DNA of 64,000 bases, taken from NCBI GenBank assembly GCA_913009875.1, contig CAJVYS010000003.1, positions 13,528-77,527 of the forward strand, in the 5' to 3' direction. Position 1 is the stretch's first letter, and every line of letters begins with the position of its first letter. Source of the DNA: an uncultured Gammaproteobacteria bacterium (GTDB lineage: Bacteria > Pseudomonadota > Gammaproteobacteria > SZUA-152). The notes beneath the pieces are model-generated. The model searched no databases, was not told the DNA's origin, and saw only the letters and a program-made list of their open reading frames with translations. Of this stretch, positions 19,954-30,648 are shown in pieces. The translations under genes were made by a program, and so were the position numbers.

Positions 19954-21437
19954 CCAAACAACTCGCGCAGATGGGGAAACAGGTCGCTGGCCAGCAGGCC
20001 GTGCTGTCCGGCTGCGGCGGCACGGTCAGCGGCCGCGGCGTGCAGACAGACGCCCCGTCGTGCCGCTTCATCACACGCCAGCCCCTGGGCCATCAGCGCC
20101 GCGATCACTCCCGTGAGCACGTCGCCCATGCCGCCACTGGCCATGCCGGGATTGCCGGCGCTGCAGAGACTGACATCGCCGGCACTGTCGACGATCAACG
20201 TGCCTGCACCCTTCAGCACCACCACACCCCCATATTTCTGCTGCAAGGCACGGGCGGCGGCGAGGCGGTCGGCCTGTATTTCCGAGGTGGTCTGGCCCAG
20301 CAACCGCGCTGCCTCACCGGGGTGCGGGGTGAGCACCCACTGCGCCCGTCGTGCTGGCTCGGCGGCCAGCAGATTGAGGGCATCGGCATCCACCACCAAC
20401 GGCAGACGGCTGGCCAGCGCGGCACCCAGCAGCTGCCGGCCCCAGGCACCCTGCCCCAGCCCGGGGCCGATGGCCAGCACCGTGGCGCGGTGCAACAGGG
20501 ATTTCAACGCTATGGCATCACCAACGCCGTGGCACATGAGTTCAGGCCGCGCGGCGCTGATGGCCGCCACGTGTTCCGGACGTGTAACCAGACTCACCAG
20601 GCCCGCGCCGCAGCGCAGCGCCGCCTCGCCTGCCAGCCGCGCCGCGCCGGACATGCTGTGATCGCCGCCGACCACCAGCACGTGGCCGAAGTCACCCTTG
20701 TGGGCGCAGGCACGGCGCGGCGGCAGGTACGCCCCAGCCTCCGGCGGCGCCAGGCGAGTCGCGGCCGGGATCAACCGCGCATAAATCTTCGGTGGCACAT
20801 CGAGATCATTGAACAGCACCTCAGCGCAGTAGTCCGGCCCCTGTCCGGTGAACAGGCCCAGCTTGAGCCCGATAAAAGTCACGCAGACCTGCGCCCGCAC
20901 CGCCGCGCCCAGCACCGCACCGGTGTCGGCGTGCAGGCCGGAGGGGATGTCTAACGCCAGCACGCCACAACCACTTTCGCCGGCCGCATTGACGGCCTCG
21001 ATAGCCTCGCGCCAGGAGCCGCTCACCTCGCCGCTGAGGCCGGTACCGAGCAGGCCGTCCACCAGCACATCGACCGCAGACAGATCCTGCCCGACAAAGG
21101 CCTCGGCACGCAGGCCGGCGGCCTCCATCTGCTGCCGGGCACTCAAGGCATCGCCACGGGTGCGGCCAGCGTCGCCCACCTGCCACACGTCCACCCGCAG
21201 CCCCGCCGCCTGTGCCAGACTCGCCAGCACGAAGCCATCGCCGCCGTTGTTGCCGCTGCCGCACAGCACGCCGATGTGGCGCGCACGCGGCCAACGCTGG
21301 CGCAGGGCCTCGAAAGCGGCGCGGCCTGCGCGCTGCATCAAAGTCAGGCCGGGGATGCCCAGCTCGTCGATGGCGATGCGATCCAGTTCACGCACCTGTT
21401 CGGCACGGTAAAGACTGTGGGGCAGGGGTTTCATCAC
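19950..21437 (-). CDS. nnr: Bifunctional NAD(P)HX epimerase/dehydratase
   Basis: [39 protein letters not shown]. Confidence 0.96.
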   Translation of the reverse strand: MMKPLPHSLYRAEQVRELDRIAIDELGIPGLTLMQRAGRAAFEALRQRWPRARHIGVLCGSGNNGGDGFVLASLAQAAGLRVDVWQVGDAGRTRGDALSARQQMEAAGLRAEAFVGQDLSAVDVLVDGLLGTGLSGEVSGSWREAIEAVNAAGESGCGVLALDIPSGLHADTGAVLGAAVRAQVCVTFIGLKLGLFTGQGPDYCAEVLFNDLDVPPKIYARLIPAATRLAPPEAGAYLPPRRACAHKGDFGHVLVVGGDHSMSGAARLAGEAALRCGAGLVSLVTRPEHVAAISAARPELMCHGVGDAIALKSLLHRATVLAIGPGLGQGAWGRQLLGAALASRLPLVVDADALNLLAAEPARRAQWVLTPHPGEAARLLGQTTSEIQADRLAAARALQQKYGGVVVLKGAGTLIVDSAGDVSLCSAGNPGMASGGMGDVLTGVIAALMAQGLACDEAARRGVCLHAAAADRAAAAGQHGLLASDLFPHLRELFG

Positions 21438-21452
21438 GCTATCATAGCCGCT

Positions 21453-22529
21453 ATGAATGAATCACAGAACCAGGCGGCCGACTGGCAACAACTCGCCGAC
21501 GACATCAAACGGTGGGGCCGCGAGCTGGGCCTGCAGAAGGTGGGCATCAGCGACATCCAGCTGTCAGCCGCCGAGGCGCGGCATTTCGAACGCCTGGCCA
21601 AGGGCTACCACGGCGAAATGGGCTACATGGCCAGCCACGGCCACAAGCGCACGCGCCCCGCCGAGCTGGTGCCGGGCACCCTCAGCATCATCAGCGTGCG
21701 CATGGATTACCTGCCCGCCGCGGGCGCCGATCCGGAGGCGGTGCTGAGCGACCCGAACAAGGCCTACATTTCACGTTATGCCCTGGGACGCGATTATCAC
21801 AAAGTATTGCGAAAACGTTTACAGAAACTCGCCACACGCATCGAGCAGCACATCGGCGACTTCGGCTACCGGGTGTTCACCGACAGCGCCCCGGTGCTGG
21901 AAAGGCCCATCGCCGAAAAGGCCGGCCTGGGCTGGATCGGCAAGCACAGCAACCTGCTCGCCGAGCACACCGGCTCGTGGTTCTTTCTCGGCGAGATCTA
22001 CACCGACCTGCCGTTGCCGGTGGACACGCCCGTGGCACCGCACTGTGGCACCTGCACCGCCTGCATCGATGTCTGCCCCACCCGCGCCATCGTCGCGCCC
22101 TATGAGGTGGACGCCCGCCTGTGCATCTCCTACCTCACCATCGAACTGCACGGCGCCATCCCCGTGAAACTGCGCCCGCTGCTGGGCAACCGCATCTACG
22201 GCTGTGACGACTGCCAGCTATTCTGCCCGTGGAACCGCTTCGCCCAGCCCAGCCCGGAGGTGGATTTTCTGCCCCGCCACACGCTGGACGACAGCACGCT
22301 GATCGAGCTGTTTGGCTGGGACGAAGAAACCTTCCTGCAACGCACCGAAGGCAGCCCCATCCGCCGTATCGGCCATCAGCGCTGGCTGCGCAACATCGCC
22401 GTGGCGTTGGGCAATGCACCCTCATCCGAGGCAACGATTGCCGCCCTGCGCAGTCGACTGAATCACCCTTCAGCACTGGTTCGAGAACATGTGCAATGGG
22501 CGCTGGAGAGACAACAGGTACAGCCCTGA
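21453..22529 (+). CDS. queG: Epoxyqueuosine reductase
   Basis: YALGRDYH, DSAPVLE, CGTCTACIDVCP, CISYLTIE, GCDDCQLFCPWN; divergent from nnr. Confidence 0.97.
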   Translation: MNESQNQAADWQQLADDIKRWGRELGLQKVGISDIQLSAAEARHFERLAKGYHGEMGYMASHGHKRTRPAELVPGTLSIISVRMDYLPAAGADPEAVLSDPNKAYISRYALGRDYHKVLRKRLQKLATRIEQHIGDFGYRVFTDSAPVLERPIAEKAGLGWIGKHSNLLAEHTGSWFFLGEIYTDLPLPVDTPVAPHCGTCTACIDVCPTRAIVAPYEVDARLCISYLTIELHGAIPVKLRPLLGNRIYGCDDCQLFCPWNRFAQPSPEVDFLPRHTLDDSTLIELFGWDEETFLQRTEGSPIRRIGHQRWLRNIAVALGNAPSSEATIAALRSRLNHPSALVREHVQWALERQQVQP

Positions 22530-22596
22530 GCCAGTCGGCCCTGCGCACACCATTTTCCCCCGCCAGCCCTCGGCACAGGCGCATTCCACCCATGCC

Positions 22597-22638
22597 TTGA
22601 CCTCCATCAAATGCTTCCCCCTATCGTCTTGCTAGTCT
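22597..22638 (+). promoter_or_regulatory. FNR/CRP-family (Fnr/Dnr) box with putative -10
   Basis: TTGAC-CTCC-ATCAA (one mismatch to TTGAT-N4-ATCAA) at 22597-22610; TAGTCT at 22633-22638 fits class II spacing. Confidence 0.7.
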
Positions 22639-22711
22639 GATTTTCCGGTTCACCGCACCGCTGTTTGTCTCGCACAAACATCCGTCCATTCAGTCAAGAG
22701 CGAGGTCTGAT

Positions 22712-23941
22712 TTGAACAACATAGCCACCAACCCCAAACTGGCGCAACTCCAGGCTATCTTTCATGCCCTCTGCAACGGCGGTGACGCAGAGGCATTGAT
22801 CAAGGCATTCGATGCAGAATGCGAAAGTCTTGCCCAGGAAGACATCACCTGGGTCCTGCAGAAAATCAATGAACAAGGCATGGCGTATCAAAACAACCCC
22901 AGGGTGAAGACATTCTACTACGACGTGGTGGAGCCAAAGCTGTCGGTTGGCATCATCAACGGTTTTCCACCGGGGCATCCGGTGCGCGTCTATCTCGAAG
23001 AGAACCGCATGCTGCGCTCCCTGTTCGCCCGCATCAGCAAACTCGATCCCGAGCAGGACAGCGACGATTTCCGGATTCTGTTCAGTGATATCTGCAAGGT
23101 GGAGAAACATTACCAGCGCAAGGAAAACCAGCTATTCCCCTGCCTGGAAAGACATGGCTGGGACGGCCCCAGCAAGAATATGTGGGCCTTTCACGACGAG
23201 ATCCGCGCGATGCTCAAACAGATTCGCCTGGCCCTGGAAGAAGGCCGGCTGGAAAAGGTCGGCGTCAACTTCTCCCTGCTCAAGGACGAAATGCTGCGTC
23301 TGATCTCAGTCGAGGAGGAGCGGCTGCTGCCCAATGCGCTGAAGCTGCTGGAAGAATCGGAATGGCAGGCCATGCGCACCGGCGACGAAGAGATCGGCTG
23401 GATGCTGGATATTACTCCACCGCCCTATCCCGTCCCCTCGGAAAAGGGAGAAGAGGAGAAAGAGGATGCGGAGAAAAACTACGTCCATCCTTCACAGGCC
23501 AAACCGGATGAAAATCCGAGCTTCGCCACCGACGACCAATTCCACTACGACGAAGGCTACATGACCCCGCAGCAGGTAAATCTCATCTTCCGCACCCTGC
23601 CGCTGGACATCACCTATGTGGACGAAAATGACCGCGTGGTGTTCTACAACCGCGGCGACGAGCGCCTCTTCCCGCGCAGCGCCGGCGTCATCGGGCGCGA
23701 GGTGCGCTACTGTCATCCGCCAAAATCCGTCGACACCGTGCTGCGCATTCTCGAGGAATTCAGGAAAGGCACGCGCGACGTGGCCGATTTCAGAATCAAC
23801 TTCAAGGGAAGGCTGGTGCAGATCCGCTACTTTGCCGTGCGGGACGAAGACAGAACCTACCGCGGTGTACTGGAGATGTCCCAGGACATCACCGACATTA
23901 AGACTCTGGAGGGGGAACAGCGTCTGCTGGATTGGGACTGA
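22712..23941 (+). CDS. DUF438/hemerythrin plus PAS_10 domain protein
   Basis: PPGHPV, HYQRKENQLFP, MWAFHDEIR, LPLDITYVDEND, CHPPKS, GVLEMSQDI; TTG start. Confidence 0.88.
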   Translation: MNNIATNPKLAQLQAIFHALCNGGDAEALIKAFDAECESLAQEDITWVLQKINEQGMAYQNNPRVKTFYYDVVEPKLSVGIINGFPPGHPVRVYLEENRMLRSLFARISKLDPEQDSDDFRILFSDICKVEKHYQRKENQLFPCLERHGWDGPSKNMWAFHDEIRAMLKQIRLALEEGRLEKVGVNFSLLKDEMLRLISVEEERLLPNALKLLEESEWQAMRTGDEEIGWMLDITPPPYPVPSEKGEEEKEDAEKNYVHPSQAKPDENPSFATDDQFHYDEGYMTPQQVNLIFRTLPLDITYVDENDRVVFYNRGDERLFPRSAGVIGREVRYCHPPKSVDTVLRILEEFRKGTRDVADFRINFKGRLVQIRYFAVRDEDRTYRGVLEMSQDITDIKTLEGEQRLLDWD

Positions 23942-24091
23942 GCGCGGAAGTTCTGGAGACACGATCAAGATAGTCTGGATGGAACGCAGCGTAATCCGGT
24001 AAGTGTGACGCCGCCCCGGATTCCACTGCGCTTCTTCCAGGCTACTCGCTACGTCGGTTGCAGGGATGTTACAACACGAGACCCCGTTTCC

Positions 24092-24184
24092 CTGATCAAC
24101 AAAAAAACTGGCCTGGCGGTTGTTGCCTCGTTGAACCACATGCTGTGGCACCCCAGCCATGCTCAATCTTGGGAGTCTTGCCAT
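24092..24184 (-). pseudogene. 5' remnant of a REP-associated tyrosine transposase (RAYT, Y1/HUH)
   Basis: MARLPRLSMAGVPQHVVQRGNNRQASFF is the typical RAYT N-terminus; similarity ends after ~31 codons. Confidence 0.8.
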
Positions 24185-24218
24185 TGCTTTACTCTATGCT
24201 TTGCTCTCTTTTGTCTAG

Positions 24219-24315
24219 CATATCCCTGCATAGGTGCGGAATCAATTACTCTGACCCCATTGATTTCATATCCCTGCATAGGTGCGGAATCAATTACTCT
24301 GACCCCATTGATTTC
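24219..24315. repeat. Exact 48-bp tandem duplication containing CTCTGACCCC
   Basis: CATATCCCTGCATAGGTGCGGAATCAATTACTCTGACCCCATTGATTT twice. Confidence 0.9.
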
Positions 24316-24630
24316 TGGCCAACTCAAGAATAATTCCAGGAAAAAGAAAAAGGCAAGACTTGACCCCGCGCCTGGTTCCGATCCTGCGTATAAAAGCAGA
24401 TAGAAAGAAGCAGATAAAAGGGCTCTGACCCCTTTTATCCCGCTTTTATCCCGTTCACAAGATATATGGGCACTGGGGATTTTCCGAGCTTAGCTGATCC
24501 CCAAAAAAAACTGAAACCGAAAAAGATATTTTCAATACCGCTTCACCACTCCTCAATCAACGGGCTTGTCCAACAGACGGTTCAGATTGTGGTTCGTTCC
24601 TCACACAATCTAACCTTATTCGTTATGTTC

Positions 24631-26811
24631 CCGCCAGCCCTGGCCGTCTCGGAGGAGGTGGACAAGGCTCTGGCGCAACTGCGCCTGCCGCCGGATACCC
24701 GTCTGGAGAAGTTCTACGACCAGGCCGAGATCATCGGCTTGGCCTATCGCAACATGCGCAACAATCTGCTGGTGGGGGCGCTGCTGGCGATTATTGCCGT
24801 GGTCTGGGTGCTAGGCCGCAACCGCGCCAGCCTGGTGATCGCCGCCAGTTTCCCGCTGGTGGTGCTGGCCACCTTCGCCGCCATGGGCGTCTTCGATCTG
24901 GGCCTGAACCTGATGACCCTCGGCGCGTTGACGGTGGCCATCGGCCTGATCGATGACGATGCCGTGGTGGTGATGGAAAATATCGACCGCCACCGGGCAA
25001 TGGGCAAGACGCCGCGGCATGCTGCGCTGGACGGTACCCGCGAAGTGCTGGCCGCGGACGTCGCCGGCACCCTGACCGTGCTGGCGGCCTTCGTGCCGCT
25101 GGTGCTGGTGACCGGTCTGGCGGGTCGCCTGTTTCAACCCTTCGGCCTCACCTTTGGTTTTATTTTGCTGTTTTCCCTGTTGGTCTCACTGACACTGATT
25201 CCGCTGGCGTCGGTCTATTGGGCGCCGCACAAGCGGACGAATGCACCCCACATGACCGCCGGGGCACGCTGGATCCACTGGCTGGGCGTGTGGAATCTGC
25301 GTCTGCTGGACAAGCTGCTTCGGCATCGGGGCAAGACCCTGTCCGTCACCGCGTTGTTGCTTGTTGCCAGCCTGGCGCTGCTGATCTTCAACCCGGCGCG
25401 CCTGTTGCCGCTGCTGGATGAAGGCAGTTTGCTGTTGAGCTATCAGCTGGCACCGGGTACCTCCTTGTCCGAAAGCAACCGCGTGGGTGATGAGCTGGAG
25501 GCACGCCTGCTGGCAATGCCGGCGGTCAAGGCAGTCTTCCGCCGTACCGGCTCTCCCGAGTCATCTTTTTATATCGAAGGGCCGGATGAAGGTGAACTGG
25601 TGGTTCGACTGGACAAGAAAAAGGCACCGGATCCCTTGGCGGTGAAGGCCGACATCGACCGCCTGTTGGCCGGGACACCGGGCGTTATCGGCCGGGTCAA
25701 CGAGCCGACCACGGAGAAACTGGACGAATCCTTTTCCGGCCTGCCGGCCCTGTTCGGCATCACCCTTTATGGCAACGATCTGCAACAACTCTACGCCGCC
25801 GCGGCCAAAGTGGAAGCGGCGGCGGGAAAGGTCGCGGGATTGGCCAATGTCGTCAATAACACCAAAATTCCGGTGGACCAGATCCGCGTAGCCATCGACC
25901 GCACGGCACTGGCCCGTTTTGACGTCAGCGCGCAAACCGTGGCGCAGGCTGTGCGCACCGCCATGCAAGGTGATCGCATCGGCCAGGTGATTATTGAGCA
26001 GCAGCCCGTCGATATCATTCTGCGCTACGCCAATGCTCGGCGCGACAGCCTGAGCGCACTCAAGCAGGTACAGATACCCGGCCCCGCCGGTCGGCTGATT
26101 CCACTGTCACAACTTGCGCGTATCGACACCCTGTCGAGCTACCCCATCATCGAGCACCAGCACGGCTTGCGGGCGCTGACGCTGACCGCCGAGATCGATG
26201 GCAATCCTTATGCCGTGATGCGCAGTCTGGACCAGGCATTGACCGCGCTACAACTGCCCGAGACTGTGCAGTGGGGTTACACGGGTGAATATGGTCAACT
26301 GATGAAAACGGGCGGACAGGTTCTGTGGGTGCTGCTGGCCTCGGCCTTGTTGGTCTACGGCATCATCGCCATCCAGCTCGGCAACCTGCTGGACCCGGCG
26401 GTGGTGCTGGCCAAGCTGCCGCTGGATTTCATGGGTGCGGCGCTGGCGCTGTTCATCACCCGCCAACACCTTGACCTCACCGTGGCCATCGGTTTTATCA
26501 CCCTCATCGGGGTGGCGACCAACAATGGCATCATGCTACTCACCTTTACCCGCAACTTTCGCCGTCAGGGTTTGGATGCCGTGGCGGCCATACGCGAGGC
26601 GGTGCGCCTGCGCACCCGCCCCATGCTACTGACCCATCTGACCACGCTGTTAGCCCTGATCCCCGCGGTCCTGGGGTTGGGAGAGGGGCCGCAACTGCTG
26701 CAACCGCTGGGCATTATGCTGTTCGGCGGCCTCACGGCGGGCACACTCCTGACGCTGAATCTGTTACCGGTGATTTATGTCGCAACTGAACGCTGGCGGC
26801 GGGCATCGTGA
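24631..26811 (+). pseudogene. 5'-truncated AcrB/CusA-family RND efflux transporter
   Basis: LNLMTLGALTVAIGLIDDDAVVVMEN, GVATNNGI, RTRPMLLT; only ~725 RND-like residues (full length ~1000), lacking TM1 and the first porter subdomains; no MFP/OMF partner genes. Confidence 0.8.
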
Positions 26812-26896
26812 CTTAGGCAGTCTGGGTTGAGTACAGAGAACCCTGGGAGTTTGTCGTACCAATTATCCTGAGTTCCACTGTGTACAAGCCAAGCCT

Positions 26897-27220
26897 CTAA
26901 TCGTGAATGATAATGCGCCGGGTATCTGTCTGAATATCCACAACCTGGCCGGCCTCATGGGCAATTTCTGCCAGTTCAGCCAAGGCCGGCTCATTGTTTT
27001 CCTCTGCCAGAGTCTTCAGCGTATTTTCCGCATGACAATCGATGTGGTGTGTGGCCGCATCACCGGCTTCGCAGCCACAGGCCGGAGCATCAATCGCCAG
27101 CACGAAATCTTCCGGCATTTGCAGGATCACCGGCTCGGCATGGTGAACCTGCGCAATAGCCTTTTTGGCACTGATCGGGCCCTCCCAGTGGAGGGTGGGC
27201 ATATTGCTGTAATCACGCAT
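26897..27220 (-). CDS. Hypothetical acidic Cys/His-containing protein
   Basis: 107-aa ORF with GGGAG RBS; ACGC...HHIDCH. Confidence 0.65.
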   Translation of the reverse strand: MRDYSNMPTLHWEGPISAKKAIAQVHHAEPVILQMPEDFVLAIDAPACGCEAGDAATHHIDCHAENTLKTLAEENNEPALAELAEIAHEAGQVVDIQTDTRRIIIHD

Positions 27221-27523
27221 GGTTGTCTCCCTTGTATGGCTGTCTGGATGTTGTTGGCCTATTACCCTGCATCAATATAGATCATGTTCCGTCGCCATGC
27301 GCAGCGAGGCAGCAAAGCGCCGCATGCGTGTGGTCTGTTTTTTTCAAAAAACTGATCAGGAACATCAGGTATCCCTGAACACGGCAAATTAGCTAGCCGG
27401 GACAACAATAACTGCCCGGAATGCTGCCTTAATAAAAATGTTCTGACTGCAACTTGGGTTACTGAAGCCTGAAACGACTTGCACTAAGGTACCCGGAGTC
27501 TCGCAAATATTGAGGATGACGCC

Positions 27524-27871
27524 GTGGGTATAGCACGCAAGAAGCTTGATCAAGTCGCAGAACTGACACGTCGCCTGAGCAAGGATTATCCAGCGGAGAC
27601 CCGCGCCTTTCTCGGCTTCCTGCAGACGGCCGAGCAGGGAAAGGCGCTGGATTTACGCATCAAGGAACTGATTAATGTTGGTTTGGCGGTGGCTGGGCAA
27701 TGTGAGTGGTGCATCGCCTTCCATGTCGAGCAGGCAGTCAAGGCCGGCGCCAGTCGCGATGAAGTGGTGGAAGCCGGTTTCATGGCGGTGGTGATGCATG
27801 GTGGGCCGGCCTACATGTACATGACACCACTCTTCGAGGCTGTGGATGAGTTTTATCAGAGTTCAGGGTAG
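27524..27871 (+). CDS. Carboxymuconolactone decarboxylase/AhpD-family protein
   Basis: LDLRIKELI, CEWCIAFH, GASRDEVVEA, MHGGPA. Confidence 0.9.
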   Translation: MGIARKKLDQVAELTRRLSKDYPAETRAFLGFLQTAEQGKALDLRIKELINVGLAVAGQCEWCIAFHVEQAVKAGASRDEVVEAGFMAVVMHGGPAYMYMTPLFEAVDEFYQSSG

Positions 27872-27886
27872 CCCCCGGCTGAGGCA

Positions 27887-28534
27887 GTGAATACTTATCG
27901 GCCTTATTCCTCGCTGCCACCGGTTGTACTGGCTCTGCTGGTCATCAATGGTGGGATGTTTCTTCTGGAACATTCTGCTGCCAATCGGCTGATTGACCTG
28001 CTTGCGCTTTGGCCTGTGGCGGTACCTGTTTCACCATTGCTGGGCATGATGCCACCTTCGTTTGAACCATGGCAGCTGGTGAGCTATTCATTCTTGCACG
28101 GCAGCATCATGCACCTGCTGCTGAACATGTATGCCTTGTGGCTGTTCGGTACGCGTATGGAGAATGTCTGGGGCTCGAAGGTCTTTGCCCTTTACTACTT
28201 TGTCTGCGTCATGGGTGCGGGTTTGGTGCAACTGTATGTTGCCAGTCAAGCAGCGAAGCAGGGTGGTGTCTATCCGACGATCGGTGCCTCTGGTGGTGTG
28301 TTTGGCTTGTTGCTGGCCTTTGGTATGACCTTTCCTAACGAGCGGCTGATGCTTATTTTTCCGCCAATTGTGCTGAAGGCGAAATGGTTTGTACTGATTT
28401 ACGGCGCCATCGAGTTATGGGCTGGTGTTACTGGTACGGAAGCGGGCGTGGCACACTTTGCCCACTTAGGCGGTATGTTTTTTGGCCTTGCGTTGCTGCT
28501 TTACTGGCGTCGCTATCCGCCGGGGTTTCGTTGA
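27887..28534 (+). CDS. Rhomboid intramembrane serine protease
   Basis: PWQLVSYSFLH, HLLLNM, GASGG, AHFAHLGG. Confidence 0.93.
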   Translation: MNTYRPYSSLPPVVLALLVINGGMFLLEHSAANRLIDLLALWPVAVPVSPLLGMMPPSFEPWQLVSYSFLHGSIMHLLLNMYALWLFGTRMENVWGSKVFALYYFVCVMGAGLVQLYVASQAAKQGGVYPTIGASGGVFGLLLAFGMTFPNERLMLIFPPIVLKAKWFVLIYGAIELWAGVTGTEAGVAHFAHLGGMFFGLALLLYWRRYPPGFR

Positions 28535-28600
28535 ATGTGTAGCGCCGTGAGCTGCACGGATAAAACTCGTTGGCGAAGTTGAGATGGAGGAAACAGGTAC

Positions 28601-29656
28601 ATGGAATCGGGCTTATTAAAGAAGATGCTGCGCGACATGCTGCTGGCGCGGGCCTTCGAAGAGCGGGCGGCGCAGGAATACGCTCAGGGCAACATCGCCG
28701 GTTTTCTACATCTCTATCCGGGCGAGGAGGCGGTGGGCGTGGGTGTACTGCATGCAGCGGAGCCCGCCGATTATGTTGTCTCCACTTACCGGGAACATGT
28801 CCACGCCCTGGTGCGTGGCGTGCCGGCCCGGATGGTGATGGCCGAGCTGTTCGGCCGCAAGACCGGTTGCAGCGGCGGCCTGGGCGGCTCCATGCATCTG
28901 TTTGACCGTGAGCGCCGCTTCATGGGCGGCTATGCCATCGTTGGCGAGACCTTTCCCATCGCCATCGGTATCGGCTACGCCATCGCCATGCGTGAACTGC
29001 CCGAGGCGGTAATTTGTTTCTTTGGCGATGGCGCTGTAAACCAGGGAACCTTCCATGAAAGTCTCAACATGGCGGCGCTGTGGAAACTGCCAGTGCTGTT
29101 CGTGTGCGAGAACAACCATTACCAGATAGGTACCGAGATTCACCGCCACTCAGCGGTTGCCGAGGTTTACAAGCGTGCCTGTGGATATCGTATTCCGGCC
29201 CGCCGGGTTAACGGCATGGATGTGTTGGCCGTGCATCGTGCGACCGAAGAGGCCCTGGCGCAAATCCGTGCTGGTAATGGCCCACAATTCATCGAATGCG
29301 AGACCTACCGTTTCCGTGGTCACTCCATGGCCGATCCCGGCAGTTACCGTCCCAAGGTGGAACTGCAGGCCTACGAGAGTACCGAGGATCCGGTGAAGAT
29401 CGCCATCGCCGAGACTGTGACCGCCTATCCCACGGCGGAGCAGATTGCAGCCGTGGGCTCGGACAATATCGCCAGCCTGACAGGCAGTCTGCGCAGTGGC
29501 GGACATTTTCCACCTGAACATCTCGACGCCATGCAGGCGGAAATCGCCGCTGAGGTGGAGGCGGCCGTGCATTTCGCCAGTGAAAGCCCCGAGCCCACGC
29601 TGGCGGATGCGCAGGCGGCATTGGATTGCAATCGACAGGGGGAGGTGCTGGTCTGA
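28601..29656 (+). CDS. pdhA: Pyruvate dehydrogenase E1 alpha subunit
   Basis: GFLHLYPGEEA, YREH, GGSMH, GDGA...NN TPP motif, RFRGHSMADP. Confidence 0.9.
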   Translation: MESGLLKKMLRDMLLARAFEERAAQEYAQGNIAGFLHLYPGEEAVGVGVLHAAEPADYVVSTYREHVHALVRGVPARMVMAELFGRKTGCSGGLGGSMHLFDRERRFMGGYAIVGETFPIAIGIGYAIAMRELPEAVICFFGDGAVNQGTFHESLNMAALWKLPVLFVCENNHYQIGTEIHRHSAVAEVYKRACGYRIPARRVNGMDVLAVHRATEEALAQIRAGNGPQFIECETYRFRGHSMADPGSYRPKVELQAYESTEDPVKIAIAETVTAYPTAEQIAAVGSDNIASLTGSLRSGGHFPPEHLDAMQAEIAAEVEAAVHFASESPEPTLADAQAALDCNRQGEVLV

Positions 29657-30636
29657 TGGCGGAACAGGTTTTTTACTGGCAGGCGCTCAACCGCGCCTTG
29701 GATGCCGAGATGGCGGTGGATGATTCAGTCGTCGTGCTGGGTGAGGACGTGGGACTCTACGGTGGCAGTTATCGGGTCACCGAAGGGCTGCATGCCAAAT
29801 ACGGTGAGTGGCGCTTGCGCGATATGCCTATCTCCGAAGGCAGTTTTACCGGTCTCGGCGTCGGCGCGGCAATGGTCGGCCTACGTCCGGTGGTGGAAAT
29901 CATGACCATCAACTTCGCGTTACTCGCCCTGGACGCCATCATCAATATGGCGGCCAAGATCCCCTTCATGTCCGGCGGACAGTTTTCCATGCCACTGGTA
30001 GTGCGCATGCCCGGCGGGGTGGCCAAACAGCTCGCCGCTCAGCATTCGCAGCGACTGGAGCAAACCCTGATGAATGTGCCGGGTCTGCGCATCGCCGTGC
30101 CAGCAACACCGCAGGATGCCTACTGGCAGTTACGCCAGGCGATCAATAGTGATGAACCGATTGTGCTGCTGGAGCATGAACTGCTTTATTTCAGTAAAGG
30201 CGAGCTGGACGAATCACGGCAAGCGCCTCCCATGCACCGCGCCCAAGTGTGTCGACAGGGTGGTGACCTCACCATCGTCACCTATTCGCGGATGTGCGAT
30301 CTTGCCTTGCAAGCGGCGACGCAACTCGCCGAAACGGGCATCGAGGCAGAAGTCATCGATTTGCGCAGCCTGCGCCCCATTGACTGGGACAGCTGTGTGG
30401 TATCGCTGGAAAAAACCCATCGTCTGCTGATCGTGGAAGAGGATTCAGGTTTCTCCGGCGCGGGTGCCGAGATCGCCGCGGGCCTTGCCGAACGTTGTTT
30501 CCTGATCATGGATGCGCCGCCGCGACGCGTGGCGGGAAGGGAGCTGCCCATTGCCTATAACGCCGCTCTGGAAGCTGCCAGTATTCCTCGGGTCACCGAT
30601 GTCGTCAGTGCCGCCCAACAACTGTGTAATCCCTGA
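29656..30636 (+). CDS. pdhB: Pyruvate dehydrogenase E1 beta subunit
   Basis: LGEDVG, PISE, RPVVEIM, AAQHSQ, IDLRSLRP; TGATG overlap. Confidence 0.9.
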   Translation: MAEQVFYWQALNRALDAEMAVDDSVVVLGEDVGLYGGSYRVTEGLHAKYGEWRLRDMPISEGSFTGLGVGAAMVGLRPVVEIMTINFALLALDAIINMAAKIPFMSGGQFSMPLVVRMPGGVAKQLAAQHSQRLEQTLMNVPGLRIAVPATPQDAYWQLRQAINSDEPIVLLEHELLYFSKGELDESRQAPPMHRAQVCRQGGDLTIVTYSRMCDLALQAATQLAETGIEAEVIDLRSLRPIDWDSCVVSLEKTHRLLIVEEDSGFSGAGAEIAAGLAERCFLIMDAPPRRVAGRELPIAYNAALEAASIPRVTDVVSAAQQLCNP

Positions 30637-30648
30637 GGAGTCATCGCC

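Noticed and set aside
13652-20954. Long antisense ORFs (448, 398, 308, 404 and 327 aa)
   Set aside because: They are shadows of well-supported GC-rich genes on the opposite strand and have no recognisable motifs.
24466-24630. N-terminus of the 781-aa RND ORF
   Set aside because: AT-rich sequence with no RND similarity; a fortuitous open frame across the junction.
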